From: an uncultured Alphaproteobacteria bacterium
Lineage (GTDB): Bacteria > Pseudomonadota > Alphaproteobacteria > Methylaequorales > Methylaequoraceae
DNA: 64,000 bases
NCBI GenBank assembly: GCA_902550225.1
Contig: CACCYL010000006.1
Location: forward strand, 905-64,904
Reading direction: 5' to 3'
Shown: piece by piece, positions 1 through 9,862 of the stretch
Layout: the number at the start of each line of letters is the position of its first letter
How positions within the stretch are numbered: the first letter of the stretch is position 1
Translations under genes and position numbers: made by a program
The notes under the pieces: generated by a model
What the model saw: the letters and a program-made list of their open reading frames with translations, nothing else
What the model was told of the DNA's origin: nothing
Databases searched by the model: none

Positions 1-1
1 T

Positions 2-514
2 TTAGGTGGAAAACCTATTATTTCTCAAACAGGCCATAGTCATGTAAAAATCAATATGAAAAAATATGATGCGGATTTGGCAGGAGAAATGAGCGGTCAC
101 ATTTTTTTTAAATCAAATTATGGGTTCGATGATGCGTTATATGCTGCTGTTCAACTAATTAAAATTCTTTCAAACTCAAAGAAAAAACTCTCTGAACATA
201 TAGATAATATTCCAAAGGTATTTAATACGCCCGAAATTAGAATAGATTGTGAAGATGATAAGAAGTTCACACTAATAAACAATATTTCTAAAAGTCAAAA
301 AAAATTAAATAAAAAAATAGTTGATATTGATGGATTAAGAGTACAATCAGAGGATGGTTGGTGGTTGCTAAGAGCTTCGAATACTCAGCCATGTATTGTC
401 TTGAGATGCGAATCAATCAGTAAGGTTGGATTAAAAAATCAATTGTTAAAGGTAAAAGAAGCTGTTAAAGAATTTGACACAAATATTTCTAAAAAAATAG
501 TAGTTGAAAATTAA
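2..514 (+). CDS. phosphomannomutase/phosphoglucomutase, C-terminal part (5' end outside window)
   Basis: Frame is open from base 2 (LGGKPIISQTGHSHVKINMKK...). GEMSGHIFF sugar-phosphate loop and DGLRV..EDGWWLLRASNTQP domain-4 pattern of alpha-D-phosphohexomutases. Confidence 0.85.
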   Translation, partial: LGGKPIISQTGHSHVKINMKKYDADLAGEMSGHIFFKSNYGFDDALYAAVQLIKILSNSKKKLSEHIDNIPKVFNTPEIRIDCEDDKKFTLINNISKSQKKLNKKIVDIDGLRVQSEDGWWLLRASNTQPCIVLRCESISKVGLKNQLLKVKEAVKEFDTNISKKIVVEN

Positions 515-558
515 AAAGGATTTTTCTAATTTAATATTGAGGTTAATATTTTTTAATT

Positions 559-873
559 ATGTCTGAAGAAAATAAAACAATTTCCACTGGTATAGCTACA
601 AAAGAAAAAATTGAGGTCCAAAAACCTAAATTGTATAAAGTAATTTTGTTAAATGATGATTATACTCCAATGGAATATGTGGTAAAGTTATTGAGAATAA
701 TCTTCAAAAAAAGCGAAGATGAAGCTGTAAATATAATGCTTATGGTTCACAAAAAAGGTTCTGGCATATGTGGTATATTTACAAAAGAAGTAGCAGAAAC
801 AAAAGTACAAGCAGTTTTAAAAATGGCACAAAGTGATCAACATCCTCTTAAATGTATTATGGAGCTAGATTAA
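559..873 (+). CDS. clpS: ATP-dependent Clp protease adaptor ClpS
   Basis: 104 aa. KVILLNDDYTPMEYVV...MLMVHKKGSGICG core typical of ClpS. Directly precedes clpA with a TAATG overlap. Confidence 0.93.
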   Translation: MSEENKTISTGIATKEKIEVQKPKLYKVILLNDDYTPMEYVVKLLRIIFKKSEDEAVNIMLMVHKKGSGICGIFTKEVAETKVQAVLKMAQSDQHPLKCIMELD

Positions 874-3155
874 TGATTTCTGATGAATTAGAAAAAACTC
901 TTCAAAGAACTCAAAAGTTCGCCAAATCTTTTAAACATCAGTATATGACGCTCGAGCATTTGCTTTTTTCTATGCTTGACGATAGTGATGTAATAAAAGT
1001 TTTGGATGCATGTGTTATCGACAAAGATAAATTAAAAAGAAATCTAGAAAAATTTGTAGAAGGTAATCTTAGAGATTTAGTTAACGAGTCTTCAGAAAAT
1101 GAAATTAAACCTACATTAGGTTTTCAGAGAGTAATTCAAAGAGCAGTTATTCATGTTCAGTCCTCAGGGAAGGAAGAAGCCAATGCAGCAAATGTTTTAG
1201 TAGCAATATTTAGTGAAAGGGAATCTCATGCTGTCTATTTTCTTCAACAGGAAAACCTAAATCGTTTAGATGTAGTTAATTATTTGTCGCACGGTATTGA
1301 AAAAGAAAATGAAAAGGATGATTTTGATCAGATCCTTAATGATTATTCAGAAGACAACCAACAAAAAAAATCCAACGAGATTATCGAAAAGTTTTGCGTG
1401 GATTTAAACAAAAAGGCTGCGTCCGGTAAGATTGACCCTATCATTGGGAGAGAAAAAGAAATTAATAGAACAATCCATGTTCTTGCAAGAAGAAATAAAA
1501 ACAATCCTATATTCGTTGGGGATCCAGGCGTAGGTAAAACCGCCCTAGCGGAAGGCTTGGCTTTGAAGATTGTAAAAAAAGAAGTGCCTAGCTCACTATT
1601 AGATTCAAAAATCTTTTCTCTTGATCTAGGTGCCTTGTTAGCGGGCACAAAGTTTAGGGGAGATTTTGAGGAACGTCTTAAAAAAGTGATTGATTTTTTT
1701 CATAAATTTGAGAACAACATTTTATTTATTGACGAAATTCATACACTTATTGGTGCAGGCGGAACTAGTTCAGGCTCTATGGACGCCTCTAATATTTTAA
1801 AACCAGCTCTTACAAAGGGGAATTTCAAGTGTATTGGTTCAACTACTTATAGTGAATACAGAAATTATTTCGAAAAAGATAGAGCTCTCTGTAGAAGATT
1901 TCAAAAGATCGATGTTGACGAACCCTCAGTCGAGGATTCTATAAAGATACTTGATGGGTTAAAATCATATTATGAAAGTTATCACGGAGTAAGATTTGAC
2001 GAAGATTGCTCTAAAGAAGCTGTTAATCTTTCAAAAAAATATTTGATTAACCTTAAACTTCCAGATAATGCATTAGATGTTTTAGACGAAACTGCCGCTG
2101 CCATAAAAATTAATGACTCGCGGTCATCTAAAAATATATGCAAGCTAGACATACAGAAAACTATATCTAAAATAGCTAACATTCCTGAGAATAGCATCAA
2201 ATCAGATGATAAAGTAAAGCTTAAAAGTTTAGAGAGAGATTTAAAGACTTTGATATTTGGTCAAGATAAAGCTATTAAGGTCGTTTCGTCATGCATAAAA
2301 CTCTCAAAAGTTGGTTTAAGAAATAATGAAAAACCAATTGGCTCTTTTTTATTCGCAGGTCCAACGGGAGTAGGCAAAACTGAGCTCACTAAACAGTTAG
2401 CAAATACCATGAAGATGAATTTTATCAGATTTGATATGTCTGAGTACATGGAAAGGCACAGTGTGTCCAAACTTATTGGAGCCCCGCCTGGATACGTTGG
2501 ATTCGATCAAGGTGGACTTTTAACTGATGCAGTAGACAAAAACCCATATTCCGTTGTTCTGCTTGACGAAATAGAAAAAGCACACCCTGATCTTTTCAAC
2601 ATTTTACTTCAGGTCATGGACTACGGTAAACTTACAGATCATCTTGGTAAAAAAGTTGATTTTACAAATGTTATCCTCATTATGACTAGTAATATTGGAG
2701 CAGAGGACATTGTAAAAGAGAAAGTCGGGTTTTTGGGAGAAAATGTTAAAGACGATAACCAAAAAGCTATTTCGAAGTTTTTCAGTCCTGAGTTTAGAAA
2801 TAGGCTCGATTCAATTGTTAATTTCGAGATGTTGAATAAACAAAACGCCATTAAAGTTGTTGATAAATTTTTAATGGAGTTAGAATCAATTCTTATTAAT
2901 AAAAATATTACTTTAAACATTAGTGAAGAAGCTAAATCGAAGATTTTAGAACTAGGGTTTAACAACATTAATGGTGCTAGACCAATGGCAAGAGTTATCG
3001 AAGAAAAAATAAAACTTCCACTCGCTAACATTATGTTAAAGAAAAATGATAAGTTAAGTAATGTTAAAGTAGATTTCTGCATAGAAGCTAAAACCTTTAA
3101 ATTTTCTTTTACCGATCAAAAGAAGAAATTAATTACCGTTTTCGCTGAAAGGTGA
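873..3155 (+). CDS. clpA: ATP-dependent Clp protease ATP-binding subunit ClpA
   Basis: Two AAA+ modules (GDPGVGKT and GPTGVGKT Walker A motifs, DEIH/DEIEKAH Walker B motifs) and a Clp N-domain. I place the start at ATG 873 (MISDELEKTL), which overlaps the clpS stop, rather than at the track start 852. Confidence 0.95.
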   Translation: MISDELEKTLQRTQKFAKSFKHQYMTLEHLLFSMLDDSDVIKVLDACVIDKDKLKRNLEKFVEGNLRDLVNESSENEIKPTLGFQRVIQRAVIHVQSSGKEEANAANVLVAIFSERESHAVYFLQQENLNRLDVVNYLSHGIEKENEKDDFDQILNDYSEDNQQKKSNEIIEKFCVDLNKKAASGKIDPIIGREKEINRTIHVLARRNKNNPIFVGDPGVGKTALAEGLALKIVKKEVPSSLLDSKIFSLDLGALLAGTKFRGDFEERLKKVIDFFHKFENNILFIDEIHTLIGAGGTSSGSMDASNILKPALTKGNFKCIGSTTYSEYRNYFEKDRALCRRFQKIDVDEPSVEDSIKILDGLKSYYESYHGVRFDEDCSKEAVNLSKKYLINLKLPDNALDVLDETAAAIKINDSRSSKNICKLDIQKTISKIANIPENSIKSDDKVKLKSLERDLKTLIFGQDKAIKVVSSCIKLSKVGLRNNEKPIGSFLFAGPTGVGKTELTKQLANTMKMNFIRFDMSEYMERHSVSKLIGAPPGYVGFDQGGLLTDAVDKNPYSVVLLDEIEKAHPDLFNILLQVMDYGKLTDHLGKKVDFTNVILIMTSNIGAEDIVKEKVGFLGENVKDDNQKAISKFFSPEFRNRLDSIVNFEMLNKQNAIKVVDKFLMELESILINKNITLNISEEAKSKILELGFNNINGARPMARVIEEKIKLPLANIMLKKNDKLSNVKVDFCIEAKTFKFSFTDQKKKLITVFAER

Positions 3156-4259
3156 AAACTTTGATAGATAATCTGCCACTTCAATAGTTTTTTTATTTTC
3201 CTTTGCAAGAAAATTTTGAATAGGCTTGCTCAAGACCTCATTATTAAACCAGTGGTTACTATAAGTGAGACTAGGTAAATACCCTCTAGAAATTTTGTGT
3301 TCACCTTGAGCACCAGCTTCTACTTTTTTTAATTTATTTTTTATTGCATATTCAATTGCTTGATAATAGCACAACTCAAAATGTAAATAGGGAACATTTT
3401 CAGTACATCCCCAATATCTTCCATAAAGTATCTCATTACCAACAAAATGGACAGAACAACCTAATAATCTTTTATTTTTATGAGCAGAAATTAATAGGAT
3501 TTTTTTTTCATTTTTTTTACTAATGAGGCCTTTGAAAAAATCAAAATTAAGATATGGTCTAGACCACTTCTTTTCTATTGTATTCAGATAACAGTAATAT
3601 AGGTTCTTAATATCTTTTTCGTCAATCTTGTCCCCTTCTTTAACTAAAAATGAAACACCATGATCTTTAAGGTATCTTCTTTCTTTGATAATTGCTTTTT
3701 TCTTTCTACTTTTCATTGAATTTAGGAAATCATCAAAATCGATAAAAGAATTGTTTACCCAATGATATTGAATACCAATTCTTTTTAAGAATTTATATTC
3801 TTCCAGTTTTTTTGAAGTTTTAGAATCAATGAAATTTGCATGAAAAGACGATATATTCTGTTCCTTTATAACTTTAAGAATAAGACCAATAATTTTATCT
3901 TGATCAACAGAGTTTTTTGAATAAATAAATTTAAGCCTCGTGACTGGAGTAAATGGAATTCCGGATAAATATTTTGGGAAATAGTTCGAACCAATTTGAT
4001 AATATGCATTTTCAAACATATGGTCAAAAATATATTCACCATTGGAATTTAATTTTTTAAAATTTGGTACAAATGCAACTATCTCATTATTTTCTTTAAA
4101 AATAAAATGCTGTGGAATCCAACCTGAATTTTCATCAGTGCATTTAGAATCTTCTAGTAACTTGAAAAAGCTGTACTTCAAGAAGGGTGAGTTGTCAAAA
4201 AAGTTGTCTTTACAGAAGTATTCTGCATTTTTAATAGAAGAAATTAATTCAATTTTCAT
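3129..4259 (-). CDS. GNAT-like N-acetyltransferase, COG3146/DUF482 family
   Basis: PFLKYSFFKLLEDS..SGWIPQH..GEYIFDH..YFPKYLSGIPFTPV and C-terminal EAGAQGEHKISRGY pattern remembered from DUF482 proteins. 27-nt convergent overlap with the clpA 3' end. Confidence 0.7.
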   Translation of the reverse strand: MKIELISSIKNAEYFCKDNFFDNSPFLKYSFFKLLEDSKCTDENSGWIPQHFIFKENNEIVAFVPNFKKLNSNGEYIFDHMFENAYYQIGSNYFPKYLSGIPFTPVTRLKFIYSKNSVDQDKIIGLILKVIKEQNISSFHANFIDSKTSKKLEEYKFLKRIGIQYHWVNNSFIDFDDFLNSMKSRKKKAIIKERRYLKDHGVSFLVKEGDKIDEKDIKNLYYCYLNTIEKKWSRPYLNFDFFKGLISKKNEKKILLISAHKNKRLLGCSVHFVGNEILYGRYWGCTENVPYLHFELCYYQAIEYAIKNKLKKVEAGAQGEHKISRGYLPSLTYSNHWFNNEVLSKPIQNFLAKENKKTIEVADYLSKFSPFSENGN

Positions 4260-4265
4260 TTTAGA

Positions 4266-4757
4266 TTATATATATGAAATAGAAAATATTCCTTCAATTT
4301 CAACTGGAGAGTTTTTCGGCAAACTCGAAACTCCTATAGCAACTCTGCTATGTTTTCCATTTATTCCCAATACTTTAATAATATAATCTGATGTAAAATC
4401 TAATAAAGATGAATGATCACCAAAGTCTTGATCGCAATTAAAATAGCCCTTAATAGAACAACACTTTACATTTGTTATGTTTTTTTTAGATTCTTTAATA
4501 CAATCATTTAGATTCCATAGAAGATTAGAAGTAGTAATTTCCATTACTTTTCTATATTCACTTAAAAGTATTTTTTTTTTAATTTTTCCTGGTGATTCTA
4601 TTCCTTTTGTAGTGATTGGAAGTTGACCTGATATAAATACAAAATTGTTACTTAACACGAATGGAAGATAGTTTGCAAGTGAGTTGTTTCTTGGAAGATA
4701 TCTTTTTATATTACATTTATTTAATGTGTTTTCAAAAAAATCATTCATCAAATTCAT
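4266..4757 (-). CDS. RidA/YjgF/L-PSP family protein
   Basis: 163 aa. VFISGQLPI...[22 protein letters not shown] layout typical of the YjgF/RidA fold. Confidence 0.7.
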   Translation of the reverse strand: MNLMNDFFENTLNKCNIKRYLPRNNSLANYLPFVLSNNFVFISGQLPITTKGIESPGKIKKKILLSEYRKVMEITTSNLLWNLNDCIKESKKNITNVKCCSIKGYFNCDQDFGDHSSLLDFTSDYIIKVLGINGKHSRVAIGVSSLPKNSPVEIEGIFSISYI

Positions 4758-5616
4758 GATTGCAAGTTAAGCACTTATATTTTTTTGATTCTTTATACAT
4801 TGTAAAGTTTCCACATTTGTCACAAGGATCACCTTCAAATGTGTAATGATTTTGGATTTTCTTAGCCTTAGATTTTTCACTTTCATTAGTTATTAATGTA
4901 AGATTGTTGTCGAATACCTTCTTTCTTATATATCCTTTGCTTGTAAATTCTTTTAATACAATTTCAGCGTCTTTCTTTTTACTTTTAATGTTTTCGTTTG
5001 GAAGAAGTTCTGTAGTTTGATTTTGATCATGATTACTAAAATCGTCTCTTCCTAGATATGATATGGCTAATTCTTTGAAAATATAATCAAGCACTGATGT
5101 CGAAAACTTTATTTCTGTGTTGCCATAAACTTGACCGCTTGGTTCAAATCGTGTAAATGTAAATGCTTCAACAAACTCTTCCAATGGAACTCCATATTGT
5201 AATGCAATTGATACAGCTATTGCAAAATTGTTCATTAAACTTCTAAATGCCGCACCTTCTTTATGCATATCAATAAATATTTCACCTATTGACCCATCCA
5301 TATATTCGCCTGTTCTTAAGTAGACCTTGTGTTTGTTAATAGAAGCCTTTTGTGTGTACCCTTTTCTTCTATGCGGCAGTTTTCTTCTATAAGCTGAATT
5401 ACTTTTATCAATATCTTTTCCAAAAAAATCTTTAAGTTGATCTATTAAAATTTTCTTATCGTTGTCTATCTTTTTCAATACCGTTTTAATATTTTTTTCA
5501 TTTCCATCAACAAAATGATTAATATTTTTTTCAACAAAGTTGTCGATAAAGTTTTTTAATTCGTTATATTTATTCATAAGATTAAATAATATAAATTTAT
5601 ACGATGAGCTTATCAT
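4741..5616 (-). CDS. stand-alone protein homologous to the C-terminal third of class II (B12-dependent) ribonucleotide reductase NrdJ, with a terminal zinc-ribbon
   Basis: [85 protein letters not shown] closely matches the distal part of long alphaproteobacterial NrdJ as I remember it. C-terminal CDKC...CLTC. No upstream catalytic barrel. Confidence 0.7.
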   Translation of the reverse strand: MISSSYKFILFNLMNKYNELKNFIDNFVEKNINHFVDGNEKNIKTVLKKIDNDKKILIDQLKDFFGKDIDKSNSAYRRKLPHRRKGYTQKASINKHKVYLRTGEYMDGSIGEIFIDMHKEGAAFRSLMNNFAIAVSIALQYGVPLEEFVEAFTFTRFEPSGQVYGNTEIKFSTSVLDYIFKELAISYLGRDDFSNHDQNQTTELLPNENIKSKKKDAEIVLKEFTSKGYIRKKVFDNNLTLITNESEKSKAKKIQNHYTFEGDPCDKCGNFTMYKESKKYKCLTCNHEFDE

Positions 5617-5972
5617 ATAATTCTTGGTTTTTTAAAGTATATTGTAACTTTTTCGCAAAAAAAATTGGTGTTGACAAATACGGAAACCAATATTTCCAAC
5701 AAAAAAAACCTTCTCAAAAAAATAATTTTAGGCAAAGAAGGTTCGTCATTTATAAGGGAAAGGTTGAGGCAAGTAAAATTCCCCAAGAATGGAATGCATG
5801 GCTTCATCATATTACTGATGAAACACCGGACATGAAAGCCAACAAGCCTTTCTGGATTAAAGAACACATTCCAAATCTTACGGGAACCCCTTTTGCTTAT
5901 GAGTACAAAGATAAAAAAGATTCGTCAAAAATTAAAAATATATATTCAATATGGAAACCGAAAAAAAAATAA
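5604..5972 (+). CDS. NADH:ubiquinone oxidoreductase subunit NDUFA12 (17.2 kDa) family protein
   Basis: [11 protein letters not shown]...[23 protein letters not shown] pattern of bacterial NDUFA12 homologues. Confidence 0.85.
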   Translation: MSLSYNSWFFKVYCNFFAKKIGVDKYGNQYFQQKKPSQKNNFRQRRFVIYKGKVEASKIPQEWNAWLHHITDETPDMKANKPFWIKEHIPNLTGTPFAYEYKDKKDSSKIKNIYSIWKPKKK

Positions 5973-6403
5973 GAATAAAAAAGTTTTTTTACGGAATTAT
6001 AGCGTTTATAATCATGCTTAATCTTGTTTTGACAGAAAAAAATATAGTGGGAGGAGATGTAAATAATTATTTTGCAACGTTTAACAAAATTGATGGAGTT
6101 TCAGTTGGTACAGACGTTGTCATTTCTGGGATAAAAGTAGGTGAAGTAAAAGAAGTTTTTATTAAAGATAATTATCCTCAAATATCAATTAATGTAAATA
6201 AGAACATAGAGATTTCTGATGATTCGTCTGTTTCAATTCAAACCGACGGACTTTTTGGTAAAAAATTTCTTTTAATTGAAATTGGGGGGAATAATGTTTA
6301 TTTGAAAAACGGCGATAGATTTTCTTTTTCTGAAGATTCGATTGTTATAGAAGAACTTTTAGGAAAAATAATATTACTTGGTGAAAAAAAAAAAGGATTA
6401 TGA
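5951..6403 (+). CDS. MlaD/Mce-domain protein (copy 1)
   Basis: N-terminal TM helix followed by an MCE domain (GVSVGTDVVISGIKVGEVKEV...IQTDGLFGKKFLLI). Confidence 0.8.
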   Translation: METEKKIRIKKFFYGIIAFIIMLNLVLTEKNIVGGDVNNYFATFNKIDGVSVGTDVVISGIKVGEVKEVFIKDNYPQISINVNKNIEISDDSSVSIQTDGLFGKKFLLIEIGGNNVYLKNGDRFSFSEDSIVIEELLGKIILLGEKKKGL

Positions 6404-6849
6404 AACAAAATTACATTGAAACAGTTTTAGGTGGACTAACATTCTTAATTGCTATTTCTTTCCTATTTAAATTCATGGAAGTTAACTCAGATAAAAAATC
6501 TGAGGATTCGTATCTCCTAAAAGCTAAATTTCTAAAAGTAGGGGGCATAATGATTGGGAACGATGTAAAGATGAGTGGTGTAAAGATTGGAGTTGTAAGT
6601 AATGTTATGCTTGATGAAGAATATTTTGCAGAAGTAACTTTTAAGGTCTATTCAACAATTAACATTCCGGAAGAAGTGAGTATTGAGGTTTCTAATGATG
6701 GTATTCTTGGTAATAAATATTTATCAATTACACCAATTAACAGAGATAATAAAAATTTTTTGGAAGCTGACAGTGAAATTGAAAATGTAAAAGATTTTGA
6801 ATCAATTGAGGATCAGGTGAGCAGAATAATTTTTTTAGCAACTCAATAA
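6400..6849 (+). CDS. MlaD/Mce-domain protein (copy 2)
   Basis: Same architecture as copy 1 (GGIMIGNDVKMSGVKIGVVSNV...SNDGILGNKYLSI). ATGA overlap with copy 1. Confidence 0.8.
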   Translation: MKQNYIETVLGGLTFLIAISFLFKFMEVNSDKKSEDSYLLKAKFLKVGGIMIGNDVKMSGVKIGVVSNVMLDEEYFAEVTFKVYSTINIPEEVSIEVSNDGILGNKYLSITPINRDNKNFLEADSEIENVKDFESIEDQVSRIIFLATQ

Positions 6850-6851
6850 AT

Positions 6852-7076
6852 ATGATTAAATCAAATGAAAAAGAATTTTTATGGATAGACAAAAACAATA
6901 AAATTATTTCGTGCGAAGAAACCAATAAAGTTCTAAACGAAAATTTTATTGAGGTTTCATCGGTTCTTCAGAGTGCTTTCGATGACGCAATCTTGATTGG
7001 TTGTAGCGAAGACGATTTTAAAAAAAAAGTTATAAAGCTTATAAATAGTTTAGAGTTTTCAATCGGCAAAGAATGA
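6852..7076 (+). CDS. hypothetical protein (74 aa)
   Basis: ORF tightly packed between mlaD copy 2 and the DUF2155 gene. No recognisable motif. Confidence 0.45.
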   Translation: MIKSNEKEFLWIDKNNKIISCEETNKVLNENFIEVSSVLQSAFDDAILIGCSEDDFKKKVIKLINSLEFSIGKE

Positions 7077-7471
7077 GATTTCTTATTTATTTAACAGTTT
7101 ATTTTTTAGCAAATTACAACTTATCAATTGCGCAAGAAGTTGAGTGTCAAGGTGCGGTTTTAAGAGTTTTAAACAAAACAACAAATGAAAAAAATTATTT
7201 TACTACTCCGCTTTCTCAAACAATAGAACTTTACAATTCAAGTATTGTTATCCACAGATGTGTAAAATTAGAAAATGAAGGAAAAAATGATGAGGTAGCA
7301 CTCATGACTCATAAACTGAAAAATAAGCTTAATAAAGATGAGGTTTTTTTGGGATGGATTTTTAAATCAACTCAATATTTAAATTCACCTAACAATCCAA
7401 TTTATGATATTAAGCTTGAAGAGTGTCTAATTGAGGATCCAATCTTTTTAAAAAATAACGAATCTATTTAA
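7073..7471 (+). CDS. DUF2155 domain-containing protein (exported)
   Basis: Signal peptide. AVLRVLNKTT...VFLGWIFKSTQYLNSPNNPIYDIKLEEC resembles the DUF2155 signature that usually neighbours NDUFA12/mlaD in alphaproteobacteria. Confidence 0.65.
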   Translation: MRFLIYLTVYFLANYNLSIAQEVECQGAVLRVLNKTTNEKNYFTTPLSQTIELYNSSIVIHRCVKLENEGKNDEVALMTHKLKNKLNKDEVFLGWIFKSTQYLNSPNNPIYDIKLEECLIEDPIFLKNNESI

Positions 7472-8090
7472 AGTAATCTAATACATTTTTTTCAAGTCTT
7501 TCAGGAAAAATCGGATTTTCTAAAAATTTATTTTCTTTGAGTAATTTTAAATATTTATTTTTAGAAATCTTTTTTGTGCCAAATTGCTGTAAATGGTCAG
7601 AATAAAATTGTGTATCTATAAATTTAAATCCCCCTTGTTTTAATAATGCTGCTAAATATGTTAATGCAATCTTACTTGCGTTTTCTCTTATGCTAAACAT
7701 ACTCTCACCACAAAATATTCCCCCTACAATAATACCGTATAAACCTCCAACTAGAGATTTATCAAAATAGCATTCAATTGATTTGGCGAATCCTAACTTG
7801 TGAAGTTTTGTGTAATTTTCAATAATTTGTTTATTTATCCAAGAATTTTTTCTTTTTTTATTTTTTGCACAAAGGTTTATTACTTTTTCAAAATTTGAAT
7901 TGATTTCTACGGTATGAGTTTGTTTTCTAATTAGTTTTGTTAAACTTTTGGAAACTTTAAATTCTTTTAAATCTATTACACCACGCTCTTTAGGTTCGAC
8001 CCAATATATGTAAGGGTCGTGATTTGAATCAGACATTGGGAATATACCTTTTTCATAGGCTTTGAGAACAAGATTAGTTGATAAAAACAT
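7464..8090 (-). CDS. aat: leucyl/phenylalanyl-tRNA--protein transferase
   Basis: AYEKGIFPM...YWVEPKERGVI...GGLYGI..GG.FCGESMF motifs. Confidence 0.9.
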   Translation of the reverse strand: MFLSTNLVLKAYEKGIFPMSDSNHDPYIYWVEPKERGVIDLKEFKVSKSLTKLIRKQTHTVEINSNFEKVINLCAKNKKRKNSWINKQIIENYTKLHKLGFAKSIECYFDKSLVGGLYGIIVGGIFCGESMFSIRENASKIALTYLAALLKQGGFKFIDTQFYSDHLQQFGTKKISKNKYLKLLKENKFLENPIFPERLEKNVLDYFK

Positions 8091-8093
8091 AAT

Positions 8094-9428
8094 TTATGAA
8101 TTTAACCTATCATACCAGCTAATATCAAATTTTGCTTTCACAAAATCTTGATGACTTAAAATTGCTTTCAAAACCTGAATATTAGTCTCTATGCCTTCTA
8201 TAACATATTCATCTAAAGCTCTTTTAAGTCTCATAATGCATTCTTGTCGATCTTTTCCTTTTGAAATTATTTTTGCAATCAAACCATCATAAAATGAGGT
8301 CACACTACAACCTGAATAAAGAAGTGAATCAATCCTTATCCCTGGACCGCCTGGTGGATGATAAGTTTTTACTAAACCAGTAGAGGGAAACATTGTTATT
8401 GGGTTCTCAGCGTTAATCCTACATTCAATGGAGTGACAGGTTTTTTGTATTTGATCCTGATTTATTGTTAGTTTACCATTAGATGCTACATTTATTTGCT
8501 CTTTTACAATATCAATATTAAATACCTCTTCAGTTATTGTATGTTCTACTTGAAGTCTTGTATTCATTTCAATGAAAAAAAAATTTCCGTTGCTGTAAAG
8601 ATATTCTACGGTTCCTAAATTTTGATAGCCCACCTTTTCAAATGCATTTAAGGTAATATTACAAACTTTTTGTCTTTCATTTTCACTAATTGCTGGGCTA
8701 GGACATTCCTCAATAATTTTTTGATTTCTCCTTTGAATTGAGCATTCTCTTTCTCCCACATGAATTAAATTTCCGTTATTATCCCCAATTATTTGTACTT
8801 CTATGTGTCTTGGGTTCTCAATAAACTTTTCGATATATACATTGTCATTACCAAAACTTTGTATTGTTTCTTTTTTTGCTAATAAAAAGTTATCCTTTAA
8901 TTCACTTTCATTGTATACTTTTTTTATTCCTCTTCCACCACCACCATTGCTTGCTTTGACTAAAACTGGATATCCAACTTCTTTTGATATAGTTTTTGCT
9001 TCGGATAAATTTTTAACGTTTTTTTTGCTTCCTGGAATTACTGGAAGTCCTAATTGTTTGGCAAAATTTTTAGCTTTAACCTTGTCGGACATTTTTTCAA
9101 TGTGATCATATTTTGGACCAATAAACTTAAATCCATGATCATTCACAATTTTTGCAAAACTAGAATTTTCAGATAACATTCCAATTCCAGGATGAATTGC
9201 ATCGACGTTAGCAATTGTCGCTGCTGAAATTATTGAAGGAATATTTAAATAAGAATTTTTGACCTGTGGGGGGCCAATACATACACTTTCATCGGCTAAC
9301 CTCACAAACATTTCTTTTTCATCTGCCGTAGAATGAACAACGACAGTTTTAATATCAAGCTCTTTACATGCTCTTAGGATTCTTAGGGCAATTTCACCTC
9401 TGTTTGCAACTAGAATTTTTTTTAGCAT
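8094..9428 (-). CDS. accC: acetyl-CoA carboxylase biotin carboxylase subunit
   Basis: KILVANRGEIALRI, ATP-grasp GGGGRGI, EMNTRLQVEH. Confidence 0.96.
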   Translation of the reverse strand: MLKKILVANRGEIALRILRACKELDIKTVVVHSTADEKEMFVRLADESVCIGPPQVKNSYLNIPSIISAATIANVDAIHPGIGMLSENSSFAKIVNDHGFKFIGPKYDHIEKMSDKVKAKNFAKQLGLPVIPGSKKNVKNLSEAKTISKEVGYPVLVKASNGGGGRGIKKVYNESELKDNFLLAKKETIQSFGNDNVYIEKFIENPRHIEVQIIGDNNGNLIHVGERECSIQRRNQKIIEECPSPAISENERQKVCNITLNAFEKVGYQNLGTVEYLYSNGNFFFIEMNTRLQVEHTITEEVFNIDIVKEQINVASNGKLTINQDQIQKTCHSIECRINAENPITMFPSTGLVKTYHPPGGPGIRIDSLLYSGCSVTSFYDGLIAKIISKGKDRQECIMRLKRALDEYVIEGIETNIQVLKAILSHQDFVKAKFDISWYDRLNS

Positions 9429-9862
9429 TATTCAATTAACACAAGAGGTTCACCAAATTCGACTGGAGTTTCATTTTTAACATATATTTTTTTTACCGTA
9501 CCATTTCTATCTGCAACAATTTCATTCATTGTTTTCATAGCCTCAATTATCAAGAGAACTTGACCAATTTTAACATTTTGACCTATCTCAATGAATTGTT
9601 TCGACCCAGGTTCCGGACTTAGGTAGGCTGTTCCCACCAATGGTGATTTAAGTGATGTTTCTGATTTTTGATCTACAGTTACTTTATTAGAAGAATCTGT
9701 TACTTTTTTGATATTTGTATTTTTTTTACTTTCATTTTGATTCTTTTTTAATTTGTAGGATAATTTACCGTCAGAAATCTCTAATTCTTTTAGATTATTC
9801 TTTTCCATTAATTGCGATAAAAACTCTATATCATCAATTATTTTTTTATCCTGTTTTTTCAT
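9428..9862 (-). CDS. accB: acetyl-CoA carboxylase biotin carboxyl carrier protein
   Basis: Biotinylation motif EAMKTMNEI. Directly upstream of accC with a TAATG overlap. Confidence 0.93.
   Translation of the reverse strand: MKKQDKKIIDDIEFLSQLMEKNNLKELEISDGKLSYKLKKNQNESKKNTNIKKVTDSSNKVTVDQKSETSLKSPLVGTAYLSPEPGSKQFIEIGQNVKIGQVLLIIEAMKTMNEIVADRNGTVKKIYVKNETPVEFGEPLVLIE

Noticed and set aside
1343-3082. Minus-strand ORFs 1343..1648, 1982..2200, 2261..2470 and 2639..3082 inside clpA
   Set aside because: They lie antisense to a strongly supported ClpA reading frame. Their products are low-complexity and hydrophobic with no motifs, typical shadow ORFs.
4042-4386. 114-aa plus-strand ORF spanning the DUF482/RidA junction
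   Set aside because: It lies antisense to two supported minus-strand genes and crosses their intergenic gap. No motif.
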